Below the pieces are notes generated by a model that made no database searches, was not told where the DNA came from, and was given only the letters and a program-made list of their open reading frames with translations. From an uncultured Clostridia bacterium (GTDB lineage Bacteria > Bacillota > Clostridia > Saccharofermentanales > Saccharofermentanaceae), in the NCBI GenBank assembly GCA_947303255.1, contig CAMYXL010000001.1, forward strand, positions 18,231-82,230: a stretch of 64,000 nucleotides of DNA, written 5' to 3'. Below are positions 40,751-50,155 of this stretch, one piece after another. The stretch's first letter is position 1. Each line of letters opens with the position of its first letter. The translations under genes and the position numbers were made by a program.

Positions 40751-42076
40751 ATGGAAAAGATCAAGGCAAGAACCCTCGGAAATGAAGGCCAGGGAATAGG
40801 AAATCTCAGTAGCGGCAAAGTGTTCTTTGCCGAGGGCCTGCTGCCGGGCGAAGAAGCCATGGCCGAGGTAGTCTCCGATAAGAAAAAGATCATGATCGCG
40901 AAGGTAACAGAGCGCCTTTCTGATTCCCCTCAAAGGATCATCCCTTCATGCGAAAACTACGGTAAGTGCGGCGGGTGCGATATCATGCACATGACCTCTG
41001 ACCTTGAACTGTCATTTAAGCAGAACAAGGTAAAGGAAGCACTTCAAAGGATCGGAGGGCTGGATATCGAAGTAAATGATATCATCGACTCGCCGAGAAG
41101 GCTTAACTACCGTAATCACATGCAGTATGTGATCTACGGAATGGACATCGGGCTTCGCTCACAGAGCAGCAATGACTTCGCGTGCTGTGACGGATGCATG
41201 ATCGAATACGAAGCTTTTTCGAAGATAAGAAAGATCATGAAGGAATGTTTTGAATATCACCCGACCACACTTTTCTCGTCACTTATCCTGAGAGGGTCCG
41301 AGAGAACGGGGGAGTATCTCATGGAGTTCGTGACCGAGAGCAGTCAGAGTCATGAGATACTCATCAGAGATGCTCAAAAGTATATCGAGTCCATGAATGT
41401 TTTCGAGAAGATAAATGAGACGATCGACGGTGAACTTAAAGGCATTGTACTTCAGATGTGCGGAGATAAGACATCGAGGAGGACCAGGAGCGGCAAGCGT
41501 GTGGTGCTCTGCGGCAAGGACTATTTCCATGAGATCTTAAGTGACAGAAGATTCAGGATAAGAGCTGGCGCGTTCTTCCAGGTGAATACCGAAGGCGCGG
41601 AGAAATTATATGCTCCGGTAAGAGAGTTCGTTAAGGACGCGGAAGTTCTCTATGACCTGTTCTGCGGTACGGGATCCATCGGTCTATGCTGCGCATCACC
41701 TGATACGCGACTGTTCGGTATCGAGGTATCATCGGAGGCAGTGTCTTCGGCCAAGACGAATGCGGAACTTAACGGGATTACGAATGCCGATTTCGTTGTT
41801 AAGCAGGCGGAGAGATTTGACTTTGACGGAGGCGATCTTCCGAAGCCTGATGCGGTCATCGTTGACCCGCCGAGAAAGGGTATGGATATAGCTCTGATCG
41901 CGAAGCTCAAAAAGCTCGCGCCGCAGAAGATCGCGTATGTATCATGCGATCCTGCAACACTCGCGAGAGACCTTAAGTACCTAGCGACTGACTATGAAGT
42001 CTTGAGCGTAACGCCGGTAAATATGTTTCCGTATTCGCATCATGTTGAAACGGTGGTCTTGATGTCCCGTGTCTAA
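40751..42076 (+). CDS. rlmD: 23S rRNA (uracil-5)-methyltransferase RlmD/RumA
   Basis: TRAM-like N-terminus, CENYGKCGGC, FFQVN, DLFCGTG, VDPPRKG, YVSCDPATLARD, HVETV. Confidence 0.95.
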   Translation: MEKIKARTLGNEGQGIGNLSSGKVFFAEGLLPGEEAMAEVVSDKKKIMIAKVTERLSDSPQRIIPSCENYGKCGGCDIMHMTSDLELSFKQNKVKEALQRIGGLDIEVNDIIDSPRRLNYRNHMQYVIYGMDIGLRSQSSNDFACCDGCMIEYEAFSKIRKIMKECFEYHPTTLFSSLILRGSERTGEYLMEFVTESSQSHEILIRDAQKYIESMNVFEKINETIDGELKGIVLQMCGDKTSRRTRSGKRVVLCGKDYFHEILSDRRFRIRAGAFFQVNTEGAEKLYAPVREFVKDAEVLYDLFCGTGSIGLCCASPDTRLFGIEVSSEAVSSAKTNAELNGITNADFVVKQAERFDFDGGDLPKPDAVIVDPPRKGMDIALIAKLKKLAPQKIAYVSCDPATLARDLKYLATDYEVLSVTPVNMFPYSHHVETVVLMSRV

Positions 42077-42081
42077 CATAA

Positions 42082-42112
42082 AAAGACCTCCATATCAGGT
42101 ATAGAGGTCTTT
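42082..42112. terminator. Hairpin between convergent rlmD and ECF genes
   Basis: AAAGACCTC-N13-GAGGTCTTT. Confidence 0.55.
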
Positions 42113-42142
42113 GGTATATATCCGGGTTTGGAGAGACTTCAA

Positions 42143-43657
42143 TCAGCCTACTTTTTCTGCGCTGACTATGGTGCCTCTGTCTATTACTGCACCTTCATCA
42201 AATTCAGCAATGATAGTGTACAAAGAATCCTGGTAGAAAGCGAATCTCACAGTACAATCCTCATATTCGTACACGTAATAAGCATAATCATCACTTATCT
42301 CCGGCGTAGTATCTGCTCCTGCGTTAGCAACTAAGTCTTCAGGTGTCATAGTGAGAGGGAACTCAAATTCGATCCCATCTTCCCATGCATCGATATAATC
42401 AGAATTGAAACAGACACCGCATACTACGCAGTCAATAATGGTTCCGTCTGTTTCTGCTCTTGCGATAAAGAATATCGGACAACTCCAATTCTTTCCTTCA
42501 GGACGATCCGTTTCTTCGTCCATATCAAACACGTTTAAGACCACCACATCTCCGGTCTCTACCGGATCATCAAGCTGGTTGTCATAAGCAAAGTCTCTGT
42601 CCAGCATGTATGCACCTACATAGCATCCGGTATCAACAAGATCCTGAACGGTGGAATTATTCATGGTGATAACATCTCCGTTGACCTTTACTTTCATGTC
42701 GTCGAAGTTGACATAATTCCTGCCGTCAGCACCAAAATCAAAATCTGTTCCGACTCTGTCCAGATTTCCTCCAGCTTCGTTGGATTTCGTTTTTGACTCA
42801 TCATCAGGATCGATCTCAGAGATCTCGTTTCCTGCATTCTTTTTGATATTCTCTTTCGAAAGAGGATCCTCATCTTTGTGTGTAGCGTAATAAACAATAC
42901 CTGTTGTGGCGGCGCCTGCAAGTACGATTGCGGCAATAGTAATAATGATCTTTTTCATGGCAAATTCTGTCCCTTTCGTTATTGCTTTGGAAGCAAGTTT
43001 TGAACCGGCTGCTTTTGTTGCAGCCTTAGTTGTTGATGCGGACAGATTTGAAAGTGAAGACGGCATTGGCTTAAAAGGCACCTGCTCGGCTTCTTTTGTA
43101 AATAGTTTCGTTAAGAATGGTACGACCATATAAAGTTTTGTGTCGTTGTCTTTTTCATATTTTTCGACCTCCTTCTTGATTTTTTTCTTGGCAGAATTAA
43201 TGCGCCACGATACTGTTCCTTCAGGAATATTGAGAGCTTTAGCGATCTCTTTGGTACTCATCTCGTCAAAGTAAAACAGGATGAGTGTCCTACGGATATC
43301 TTCAGACAAAGAATTGTTGATGATATCCATGATGATCTTGCGCATCTCGGCAGACTCGATTATTGAGTCAGGCAGGAAATCCTCGGGAACAGTCTCGACT
43401 GTGTCAAAGAACTCGTCATCAACGTTATCCGTTTTCGTTCTGGTAATACGATTCAGGGATTTGTTGGCTGCGACCTTTTTAAGCCATGGCAGAGTCTTAC
43501 TCTTATCCTTAATGCTGTCGTATGAGTTAAACAGAGAGATAAAAGTGTCCTGTACGATGTCCTGTGCATCATCTTCATTTTTCAGAAGAGAAAATGCTGT
43601 CCAGTACACCGCGCGATAGGCTTCGTTATAGATCTTTTCCAGTTCTTTGTCGGTCAT
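42143..43657 (-). CDS. ECF sigma factor fused to a TM helix and an acidic extracytoplasmic domain
   Basis: Sigma2 region (DAQDIVQDTF, LPWLKKVAANKSLN), sigma4 region (LFYFDEMSTKEIAKALNIPEGTVSWRIN), TM segment KKIIITIAAIVLAGAATTGIVYYA, and an Asp/Glu-rich C-terminal domain of about 240 aa. Start taken at ATG 43657 after GGAG. Confidence 0.88.
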   Translation of the reverse strand: MTDKELEKIYNEAYRAVYWTAFSLLKNEDDAQDIVQDTFISLFNSYDSIKDKSKTLPWLKKVAANKSLNRITRTKTDNVDDEFFDTVETVPEDFLPDSIIESAEMRKIIMDIINNSLSEDIRRTLILFYFDEMSTKEIAKALNIPEGTVSWRINSAKKKIKKEVEKYEKDNDTKLYMVVPFLTKLFTKEAEQVPFKPMPSSLSNLSASTTKAATKAAGSKLASKAITKGTEFAMKKIIITIAAIVLAGAATTGIVYYATHKDEDPLSKENIKKNAGNEISEIDPDDESKTKSNEAGGNLDRVGTDFDFGADGRNYVNFDDMKVKVNGDVITMNNSTVQDLVDTGCYVGAYMLDRDFAYDNQLDDPVETGDVVVLNVFDMDEETDRPEGKNWSCPIFFIARAETDGTIIDCVVCGVCFNSDYIDAWEDGIEFEFPLTMTPEDLVANAGADTTPEISDDYAYYVYEYEDCTVRFAFYQDSLYTIIAEFDEGAVIDRGTIVSAEKVG

Positions 43658-43975
43658 TTTTTCTGTCTCCTTTTTGTCCGCATCTACTCTATAGACACAT
43701 GACAAAAGAGATTTCTTGGGTGGTTCGAAAAAATTTTTACTCTTGGATTTTATCATCATTGCCGGAGCGTTGTCTAAACATATGTGGAAACGCGTTGCTG
43801 TTGCGAGCTTAGAAAGTGATCCGTAAGGCTTTAAATATCAAGGATATTTTGGTGAATATTGTCATTATATTGATTATAATGTGGGCAATTTCAGAAAGTT
43901 TTTTCGAGCAAATGAAACAAAAGGCATACCATTATCTGTCTATGATGAGTATCTAAAACGTATGAGGAGAAAACT

Positions 43976-44977
43976 ATGGAAAAGAAGAAATCAGGAAAAG
44001 CCCGCAAGATCGTAAAGAATATCTTCAAGGTATTGGGCATTATTCTCGCGGTCATCGCGGCAGTTATCGTGATCCTGGCTATCAGGAATGTTATCAAGAA
44101 CAGTAGCGACAGAAAAAAGTGCGAGAACGCATACGGCGAATACTATACGACCGAGAGCGGCGACCGCATGAACTATACTTTCTACGACAGCGATTCGGAG
44201 AAGGTTGCGGTCATCCTTCCGGGATACGGATGCGCGTCGGTGCACTATGAATTCGATTCTTTCGCGAAGGCGATCAATGATGACTATAAGCTCATCCTCG
44301 TTGAGCCTTTGGGCTACGGATTAAGTGATGAGGCATCGACACCGAGAACTGTGGAGAATTACTGCAGCGAGCTTCACGGACTTTTAAGTTCGCTCGGATA
44401 TGATAAGTACACGCTTATCGCACACTCCATCGGAGGAATCTATTCGCTCTACTATGCGAACGAGTATCCTGATGAGGTCGAGGCTTATATCGGTATTGAT
44501 TCGTCTGCGCCTCATCAGCAGGATGCGGATATCTGGATGGCTAAGCCGAAGAATACTGCGTTTCTCTATAAGCTCATGAATATCGGTCTTTCCAAGACGG
44601 GAATCTACCGTACACTGACTGAACTTGGCGGAACCAAGGCTTTTGATACTGTGCCGACTCTGACTGAGGATGAGAAAGAGAAATTCCTCGCGCTTACCTG
44701 CTACACGGCTATGAACAAGACGCAGATGGATGAGATGGCTAATATCGAGGACAACTTCAAGAAGACATATGATCTGAAGTTCCCGGAAAGCATTCCGGTC
44801 CTCTATGTCCTGTGTTCGAGCAATGTTGAGATGATGCCGGGATGGGAGCAGATCCACAAAGACCTGGTGACGAATCCGAAGAGTAAGGTCATCGTCATCG
44901 AAGGTGAGCATTACCTCCACTACACGAGCTTTGATGCTTTGATAAGTGAGATCGATAATTGGAGTTACGAAGAATGA
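43976..44977 (+). CDS. Membrane-anchored alpha/beta hydrolase
   Basis: N-terminal TM, ILPGYG, GYGLSD, nucleophile AHSIGG, EGEHYLH. Confidence 0.85.
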   Translation: MEKKKSGKARKIVKNIFKVLGIILAVIAAVIVILAIRNVIKNSSDRKKCENAYGEYYTTESGDRMNYTFYDSDSEKVAVILPGYGCASVHYEFDSFAKAINDDYKLILVEPLGYGLSDEASTPRTVENYCSELHGLLSSLGYDKYTLIAHSIGGIYSLYYANEYPDEVEAYIGIDSSAPHQQDADIWMAKPKNTAFLYKLMNIGLSKTGIYRTLTELGGTKAFDTVPTLTEDEKEKFLALTCYTAMNKTQMDEMANIEDNFKKTYDLKFPESIPVLYVLCSSNVEMMPGWEQIHKDLVTNPKSKVIVIEGEHYLHYTSFDALISEIDNWSYEE

Positions 44978-44979
44978 TC

Positions 44980-45007
44980 AAAAGGCTGTCTGAAAAGACA
45001 GCCTTTT
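44980..45007. terminator. Intrinsic terminator (bidirectional type)
   Basis: AAAAGGCTGTCT-GAAA-AGACAGCCTTTT. Confidence 0.85.
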
Positions 45008-45225
45008 GTTGTCATAATATTGAGATTGTGTCTATATAATTATTTTGTCATCGAAATATAATAATTTTGTTTAAGAAGTTTTGACCATCAAAGCTTTGTT
45101 TTTTGGTTAAATGTCGCATTCAAAGCGGTTTTCGTGCTAATATGTAATCATTCTTAAATATCAGATTTCGTTGATTAATGTTCAGTAATTTTGTATCATC
45201 ATCTTATGACAAGGAGGTATTCATT

Positions 45226-47289
45226 ATGCTCAAAAAATTTAAGCTACAAGTAACATCCCTGGCTATTGCTTTGACTATGCTCGCGGGAGGAGTAACAGTC
45301 ATGGCGGACGAGGAAAAGCCGGAGTTTTCTCCTATCTCTGCTGGTACGACAGTAACTGTTGAGGAGACAAAGTATTACACTTTTACTCCTGAGGAAGACG
45401 GACTTTATCTTTTTGATTCCAGCGCCATTGAAGATGGACCTGATGAGGGTGATCCTCTTATGTATATATATTTATCTTCCGATATAGATAATTCCATTAT
45501 ATATGCGTGTCTGGATGATGATAATGAAGGACACTGTTTCAGTGGTTTGGTTAGATTGAAAGCTGGCAAAGAATACTTTTTGTGGGTTGGCTTTTATAAT
45601 AGTGAAGAAATTGGCACATGCTCATATAACTTTACCATTAAAAGTTATGCAGGTTATGGTTTTACCGACAAGGAAACTTTTGATTTCATGCTTGTAGATC
45701 CTAATAGCAAGCTCTCAATTAATTTCCCTCAATATAAGGTTCCAGATGATGAATTATTTAGTGATGTAAAAGAATATGCATATTCTTTTCCTGCTAAATC
45801 GAAGCTTAGTGATTCTGTGATATCATTTGATGATGGTGCTGCTGAGAATACATGGGTCGGTATAGGTTTGGAGGGGCTTTATGATACAAAATTGATCAAT
45901 ATTTTTGTCATGGAAGATGAACCGGAAGTTTTGGAATCCGGAAAGACAATAAGCATCAATAACACTTTTGAATATACAGAGTTAGATGATGAAGATTCTA
46001 TCGGTGAAGACGATGACGAGGAAGAACTTGCAATCGAGCCTGGTTCATGGTATACGGGAGAACTACAGGGTTTATATTCATTCACTCCTGAGAAGAACGG
46101 AACAGCTAAGATCAGCATTACAAATATGAAATCTGGACTTCCGATGATCGCCCTTTTCGACCAGGATTACAACCTGATCAAAAAAGAGGTCGGATGTGAT
46201 ATAGATGATATGTATATGTATCTTGGATATGAGGAAGGCATGGTAGAGGGCAATATTCCGCAATCATTGGATACAGACGGCGAAGAAGAGGAAGATGTTG
46301 AGGTCGAACCTGAGGATACCAAAGAGGATGTAAAGCCTGTATCTTACGAGGATATCTGTATCGAGGCAACACTTGAAGGCGGAAAGACATACTATGTTGC
46401 AATCCCGTTCTATATTGTTGAAGCTGTAAAACTTGACACAGTTCTTGATCTGACTCTTGATTTCGAAGAAGAGAAGGAAGAAGAAAAGAACGACGACGAC
46501 AACAACAATAACAATAACAACAACGGCAACGAGAACGGCAATGGCAACGAAGATTCCAATAAGGATGAGAAAAATGTAGAGGCTTTTGTTAAGAGACTTT
46601 ACGAGGAAGTATTCGGCCGTGACGCTGATGAGGGCGGATTGAAGTACTGGGTAGACAGGATCAATAACGGCGCTACAGGTGCAGATGTTGTTAAGGAATT
46701 CCTGGCAAGCCCTGAGTTTGACGGAAAGAAACTTAATGATGAGGATTTCGTTATCAAGCTTTACAGCATTTTCTTCGGACGTGTTCCTGGCAAGGACGAG
46801 ATTAAGTTCTGGGTAGATTCTCTGAAGACTGATTCCAGAGATACGGTTGTCAACAACTTCATCAATACGACAGAGTGGGATGAGTTCTGCAAGTCATACG
46901 GAGTCAAGTCCGGTGCGAGATTCCCGATCAATGATCCGTCGAATATCCTGGATTTCGCGAAGAGACTTTACACATGCTGTCTTGAGAGAGACCCTGATGA
47001 GAGCGGACTTAATTTCTGGAATGATGCACTTGTAAATCATAAGATGACAGGTACACAGGTTGCCAAGGAGTTCTTCTGGTCAGCTGAGTTCATGTCATTC
47101 AAGACAAGCGATGCTGAGTTCATCACAAGACTTTACAGAACGATGATGGGTCGTGAGCCTGAGCCGGAAGGATTCGCATTCTGGATGAACGATATCAAGG
47201 TCGAGTCACGTGAGCAAGTATTCATGGGATTTGCACAGTCTCCTGAGTTCAAGAGCGTTTGCGAGAAGTGCGGTATTTCCTGGATGTGA
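45226..47289 (+). CDS. Secreted acidic surface protein with C-terminal DUF4214 repeats
   Basis: Signal peptide ending VTVMA-DEE; two YxFTPExxG beta modules; Asn/Gly/Glu linker; three repeats of the F(V/A)xRLY...GR..D..G..(Y/F)W...F..S.EF type. Confidence 0.8.
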   Translation: MLKKFKLQVTSLAIALTMLAGGVTVMADEEKPEFSPISAGTTVTVEETKYYTFTPEEDGLYLFDSSAIEDGPDEGDPLMYIYLSSDIDNSIIYACLDDDNEGHCFSGLVRLKAGKEYFLWVGFYNSEEIGTCSYNFTIKSYAGYGFTDKETFDFMLVDPNSKLSINFPQYKVPDDELFSDVKEYAYSFPAKSKLSDSVISFDDGAAENTWVGIGLEGLYDTKLINIFVMEDEPEVLESGKTISINNTFEYTELDDEDSIGEDDDEEELAIEPGSWYTGELQGLYSFTPEKNGTAKISITNMKSGLPMIALFDQDYNLIKKEVGCDIDDMYMYLGYEEGMVEGNIPQSLDTDGEEEEDVEVEPEDTKEDVKPVSYEDICIEATLEGGKTYYVAIPFYIVEAVKLDTVLDLTLDFEEEKEEEKNDDDNNNNNNNNGNENGNGNEDSNKDEKNVEAFVKRLYEEVFGRDADEGGLKYWVDRINNGATGADVVKEFLASPEFDGKKLNDEDFVIKLYSIFFGRVPGKDEIKFWVDSLKTDSRDTVVNNFINTTEWDEFCKSYGVKSGARFPINDPSNILDFAKRLYTCCLERDPDESGLNFWNDALVNHKMTGTQVAKEFFWSAEFMSFKTSDAEFITRLYRTMMGREPEPEGFAFWMNDIKVESREQVFMGFAQSPEFKSVCEKCGISWM

Positions 47290-47314
47290 TCGTAAGATCT
47301 AACGCTAACTATTT

Positions 47315-47344
47315 GGGGGAGCCTGAGCGGCTCCCTCATTTTTT
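47315..47344 (+). terminator. Intrinsic terminator
   Basis: GGGGGAGCC-tgagc-GGCTCCCTC followed by ATTTTTT. Confidence 0.75.
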
Positions 47345-47549
47345 GGACTTTTTTGGTGAGTCAGGCGGTTTTGGTCCAAGATTTCTTGGACCATTTGGTG
47401 CCCGGAACGTGTTTTGGTCCAAGTTTGATGCTGATCCGGCAAGGTGAAGGGGCAATTTGAACGGTAACTTGGACCAAATGGGTGAGAAGTGACGATTTGG
47501 TCCAAGAAAAGTTGGACCATTTTGCCTGCGCGGAGACATTTGGTCCAAG
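47343..47549. repeat. Array of four TTGGACCA-N21-TGGTCCAA inverted-repeat units
   Basis: Units at 47343-47379 (first core degenerate, TTGGACTT), 47386-47422, 47469-47505 and 47512-47548; gaps between units of 6, 46 and 6 bp. Confidence 0.8.
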
Positions 47550-47640
47550 AATGCCGTGAAGTTGTTATAGTTAAGCCGTTATTATATAATCTCGGTGTAA
47601 GTTCGCCGCCTTTTTCGAGCGGCAGGAAAAAGAGGTTAGT

Positions 47641-48567
47641 ATGAAAGCTGATTTGGATGAGAGGACGGAGTTTATCCGTAACGGTTCTCTTCACGCGGAT
47701 TTGCTCGATGTCAGTGATGACGGTCTGTTGCAGTACTTTGATCTTTACTGCGACCTTCATAAGGCGAAGACCATGCTGGGCGATGTGGATTATTCCATGG
47801 AGAAGTCCCTGGACCCTGAGAAGAAGCGCGTGGTGGACGTTAACCGCATCCTTCCGTATGATGACGCTGAATTCGTGAAGCTTTCGTACCTGGCGCTTTT
47901 CGGCAGGAAGGCTCTTGTGCGCGAAGTCGAAGAGACGCTTTATCTTTTTCGAAAAGGCGAGAGGAGCAAACTCGACATACTCCTTACAATGGCAGCATCC
48001 GATGAGGGCAGATATAAGAACGTGTCGCTCACGGGCATCGACACTGTCGGCGTGAACGAGCTCCTTAAGTTCGAGGACCGCGAGTTCATCCGCGTGGCAT
48101 ACGCGCTGATCTTCGCCAGAAGATCCGACATCGAAGGCGAGGAGCAGTACCTGAGAGTCCTAAGGGAGAAGGGTTCCACGAAGGCACAGATCTTGAAGAT
48201 GCTCAGAAATTCCGAAGAGGCGGATAAGATCGGCGTTACGATCACAGGCCTTGATGAAGCTGCCGCAGTGGCCCCGCAGGAGAAGAAGATCTACACGCTG
48301 CCTGTGATAGGCAAGATCGCGAGACTTCTCCGCGGCGTAAAAAATCTCAACGAAGACGTCAGGACGCTTAAGGCAAGCGACGTAAATATCTATGACAAGC
48401 TCAGCACCAGGATCGCGACGACAGACGATACCGTAAGGGAGCTGAAGTTCAACGACGAGCTCAAGCAGGAGAATATCCGCAACACGGACGCGAAGGTCTA
48501 TGAGCTTCAGAAGGAAGTAGACGAGCTCAAAAAGCAGATCGAGATCCTTACGAAGGAAAGCAGGTGA
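47641..48567 (+). CDS. DUF4214-like repeat protein with C-terminal coiled coil
   Basis: Two repeats (DDAEFVKLSYLALFGRKA, EDREFIRVAYALIFARRSD), the segment IYTLPVIGKIARLL, and a heptad-rich C-terminus; no signal peptide. Confidence 0.75.
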   Translation: MKADLDERTEFIRNGSLHADLLDVSDDGLLQYFDLYCDLHKAKTMLGDVDYSMEKSLDPEKKRVVDVNRILPYDDAEFVKLSYLALFGRKALVREVEETLYLFRKGERSKLDILLTMAASDEGRYKNVSLTGIDTVGVNELLKFEDREFIRVAYALIFARRSDIEGEEQYLRVLREKGSTKAQILKMLRNSEEADKIGVTITGLDEAAAVAPQEKKIYTLPVIGKIARLLRGVKNLNEDVRTLKASDVNIYDKLSTRIATTDDTVRELKFNDELKQENIRNTDAKVYELQKEVDELKKQIEILTKESR

Positions 48568-48571
48568 TCCT

Positions 48572-49087
48572 TTGAACATAGAAAGGATCGCTTCCTCTAA
48601 GCCCGTGAACGACATCATGGCGGACCTCATCGAATCGAAGGTCCTGAGTATCCTCGTTGACGAGAACATCTCATCCGACAATCTTAACAATATCCTCAAG
48701 GCCCTCTACATCTACATCTGCAGGGCCGATTACGAGATCATGCTCTACATGGTAAAGGACGGCAGTGAGCCGAAGGTCCTCGAGACCGCCACCGAGATGA
48801 GCCTCATGAGCAGCATCAAATACATCGACGGCGACGACGATCAGAAGATGCTGTCGTACCTTCTGTCCTGCGACATGATGATAACCGATAATGAATCTTC
48901 CGATCTTTTGTCTCTTTCTCGAAAACTCTATCTTCCGAGGATCGTCATAAAAGAAAACGGAAGCCTTAAGTTCGAGGACGGCATCCTCAAACTCAACAGT
49001 GATCCTGTTGATATCTGTTCCGCTTTTAAGCTCGTGAAGGATAAAGCTCACAGAGACGAATTAAGCGGACACAGAAGACTGGTGTGA
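48572..49087 (+). CDS. Hypothetical protein in the glycan cluster (possibly a GT-B C-terminal-like fold)
   Basis: TTG start with RBS GCAGGTG; CDMMITDNESS-like segment; tightly packed in the operon. Confidence 0.55.
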   Translation: MNIERIASSKPVNDIMADLIESKVLSILVDENISSDNLNNILKALYIYICRADYEIMLYMVKDGSEPKVLETATEMSLMSSIKYIDGDDDQKMLSYLLSCDMMITDNESSDLLSLSRKLYLPRIVIKENGSLKFEDGILKLNSDPVDICSAFKLVKDKAHRDELSGHRRLV

Positions 49088-49100
49088 AAGGGGTAAGAAG

Positions 49101-50144
49101 ATGAGAATTGCAATTGCTACAGTTCAGGTACCTTTCACCACAGGTGGCGCAGAGATACTTACCGGAATGCTCAAAGACGAGCTCATCAAGCGCGGACACA
49201 AGGCGGAGATCGTAAGCATTCCGTTCAAGTGGTATCCGTGGCAGTCTCTGGTTCAGTGCATGAACATGGGACGTCAGATAGATCTCACGGAAGCAAGCGG
49301 CGAGAAGATCGACAAGGTCATCGCCATGAAGTTTCCTGCCTACTACCTAAAGCACGACAACAAGGTCCTCTGGCTCATGCATCAGCACCGCCAGGCCTAC
49401 GACATGTGGGATACCGACTACAGCGACATCCGTAAGTGGGAAAACGGCGAGGAGATAAGAGACTTCATCCGCGACTGCGACAGAAAATACATAGGCGAAT
49501 GCAAAGGAAGGTTCACCATCTCCGGCAATACCACCGGAAGGCTCAAACACTTCCTAGGGATCGATTCGGAAGTTTTGTATCATCCTCCGAAGGATCACGA
49601 GAAACTTCACGCGGACGAATACGGCGACTTTATCTTCTATCCGAGCAGGATCACGCAGATAAAGAGACAAAGACTCCTGGTCGAAGCAGCACGCTACACC
49701 AAGACCGGTGTTAAGGTCGTGATCGCAGGCGGCGGAAGCGAAGAAGAGATCTCTTATCTTAAGGAGAAGATCGCCGAATATAAATTGGAAGACAAAGTAA
49801 AGCTCGCGGGATTTATCTCCGATGAGGAGAAGATCGATATGTATGCCAAGTGCCTCGGCGTATATTTTGGCGCCTATGATGAGGACTACGGATATATAAC
49901 TCTCGAAGCATTTTTCTCCGAGAAACCTGTCATCGTCCATAAGGATGTAGGCGGACCTCTCGAGTTCGTAAGAGACGGCGAGAACGGATTTGTGATCGAT
50001 GCGGATCCGAAGGTGATCGCGGAGAAGATGGACAGACTTTTCGAGCAGAAAGAAGAAGCAAAGAAACTCGGCACATGCGGCAAGCAGACCCTGCTTAACA
50101 TGAACATGGACTGGGATTACGTAATAAAGAGACTGTTGGAATGA
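49101..50144 (+). CDS. GT4 glycosyltransferase
   Basis: VPFTTGGAE, PSRITQIKRQRLLVEA, EDYGYITLEAF, GGPLEFV. Confidence 0.9.
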   Translation: MRIAIATVQVPFTTGGAEILTGMLKDELIKRGHKAEIVSIPFKWYPWQSLVQCMNMGRQIDLTEASGEKIDKVIAMKFPAYYLKHDNKVLWLMHQHRQAYDMWDTDYSDIRKWENGEEIRDFIRDCDRKYIGECKGRFTISGNTTGRLKHFLGIDSEVLYHPPKDHEKLHADEYGDFIFYPSRITQIKRQRLLVEAARYTKTGVKVVIAGGGSEEEISYLKEKIAEYKLEDKVKLAGFISDEEKIDMYAKCLGVYFGAYDEDYGYITLEAFFSEKPVIVHKDVGGPLEFVRDGENGFVIDADPKVIAEKMDRLFEQKEEAKKLGTCGKQTLLNMNMDWDYVIKRLLE

Positions 50145-50155
50145 GGAGAAGCTAA

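Noticed and set aside
47305-47760. ORFs overlapping the TGGTCCAA array (47305-47760, 47336-47548, 47259-47447)
   Set aside because: The repeats fall in different frames and strands, with no RBS or protein-like composition, so the repeat acts at the DNA or RNA level.
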